Shown: positions 63,255-64,000 of the stretch, one piece after another
How the letters are laid out: every line of letters begins with the position of its first letter
Numbering within the stretch: the first letter of the stretch is position 1
NCBI GenBank assembly: GCA_038087875.1
Contig: JAXLNO010000079.1
Span: 124,001-188,000 of the forward strand
Reading direction: 5' to 3'
Origin: Malacoraja senta
Lineage: Eukaryota
DNA length: 64,000 nucleotides
Notes under the pieces: generated by a model
Told to the model about the DNA's origin: nothing
What the model saw: only the letters and a program-made list of their open reading frames with translations
Databases searched by the model: none
Translations under genes and position numbers: made by a program

Positions 63255-64000
63255 TTTCAATTCAATTCAATTCAATTTTATTTGTCTTTTGGACAAATTT
63301 GTCATTTGGACCCCTTGAGGTCCAAACGAAATGTCGTTTCTGCAGCCATACAATACAAAACGAAGAAGACCCGAGACACAACACAATTTACACATCCATC
63401 CATCACAACGCTGTGATGGAAGGCAAAAAAAAACGTATCTCTCCACTGCACTCCCCCCCCCCCCCCCCATGTCAGAGTCAAAGTCAAAGCCCCCGGCGGG
63501 CAATGGTGATTATCCCGCGGCCATTAAAGCCACGCCGGGTGATGCAAGGTCGCGCACCGGGTCTTGGTGTTAGAGCCCCGGCGCGCGCTCGCAAAGTTCG
63601 GCGGCCATTCCAAGCCGCGCGGGGGGATAAAGCCCCGCTCCAGGTGCTCTTCAACCCCGCAACTCGGGCGGGAGAAGTCGCCGCTGCGGAAGCCCCGAAA
63701 AGCGGTCTCCCACCAGGGGACCCGCGGGCTTCCAGTGTTGCCGTCCGCCAGACCCGCGGTTGTAGCCTCCGAATCTCCGGCGGTCGGGTCGCAGCAGCGC
63801 TCCACCACAGCTCCACCCGCTCCAGACTCGGCCAGCCCCGTGATGGTGAGTAGTCCGCAGCTCCACAACTGGAGCCCCAGGTCGCTTCTGCTGGAGGCCG
63901 CTCCATGTTGCCCAGCCCCAACGACAACGGAGACCCGACAAAGAAAAGGTCGGGTCTCCCGTGCAGGGGAAAGATTTCAAAGTTTCCCCCCCCACCCCCC
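63255..64000 (-). mobile_element. GC-rich non-autonomous retroelement, runs off the window end
   Basis: Related to 7620-8430; (ttgaa)n tail and a shortened ccatcac...gtgatgg hairpin. Confidence 0.7.

Noticed and set aside
63059..63995. 264-aa ORF as a divergently transcribed neighbouring gene
   Set aside because: It is a chimera of an old CR1 remnant and a GC-rich repeat, with no recognisable host protein.

Overview
Vertebrate genomic DNA, most likely a cartilaginous fish (skate or ray), inferred from the repeat content: HER1/CR1-type LINEs, an HE1-like SINE and Penelope elements. The window holds the 5' half of one protein-coding gene on the minus strand, ARMC9 (LisH/armadillo ciliary protein). 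I find nine coding exons (51, 126, 171, 156, 93, 25, 158, 99 and 38 nt) that splice in frame between 58577 and 4272. A probable non-coding exon 1 and promoter lie near 62.2 kb, and the gene continues beyond position 1. One intron (28873-29752) is a clear U12-type (minor spliceosome) intron preceding a 25-nt microexon. Most intronic sequence is transposon-derived: CR1, Rex1/Babar, L2, RTE and Penelope fragments, three Tc1 elements, two internally deleted Gypsy elements, MITEs and a 4.3-kb octamer satellite. I see no convincing new multi-gene system. The most unusual items are a young Gypsy copy carrying a 35-nt tRNA-Leu copy fused directly to pol, Penelope-type hammerhead-like motifs, a satellite expanded in one unit of a tandem duplication, and a perfect 84-bp palindrome. 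Exon, LTR and palindrome coordinates were counted by hand to the base; other repeat boundaries are approximate. Family names come from recognition, not from database searches.
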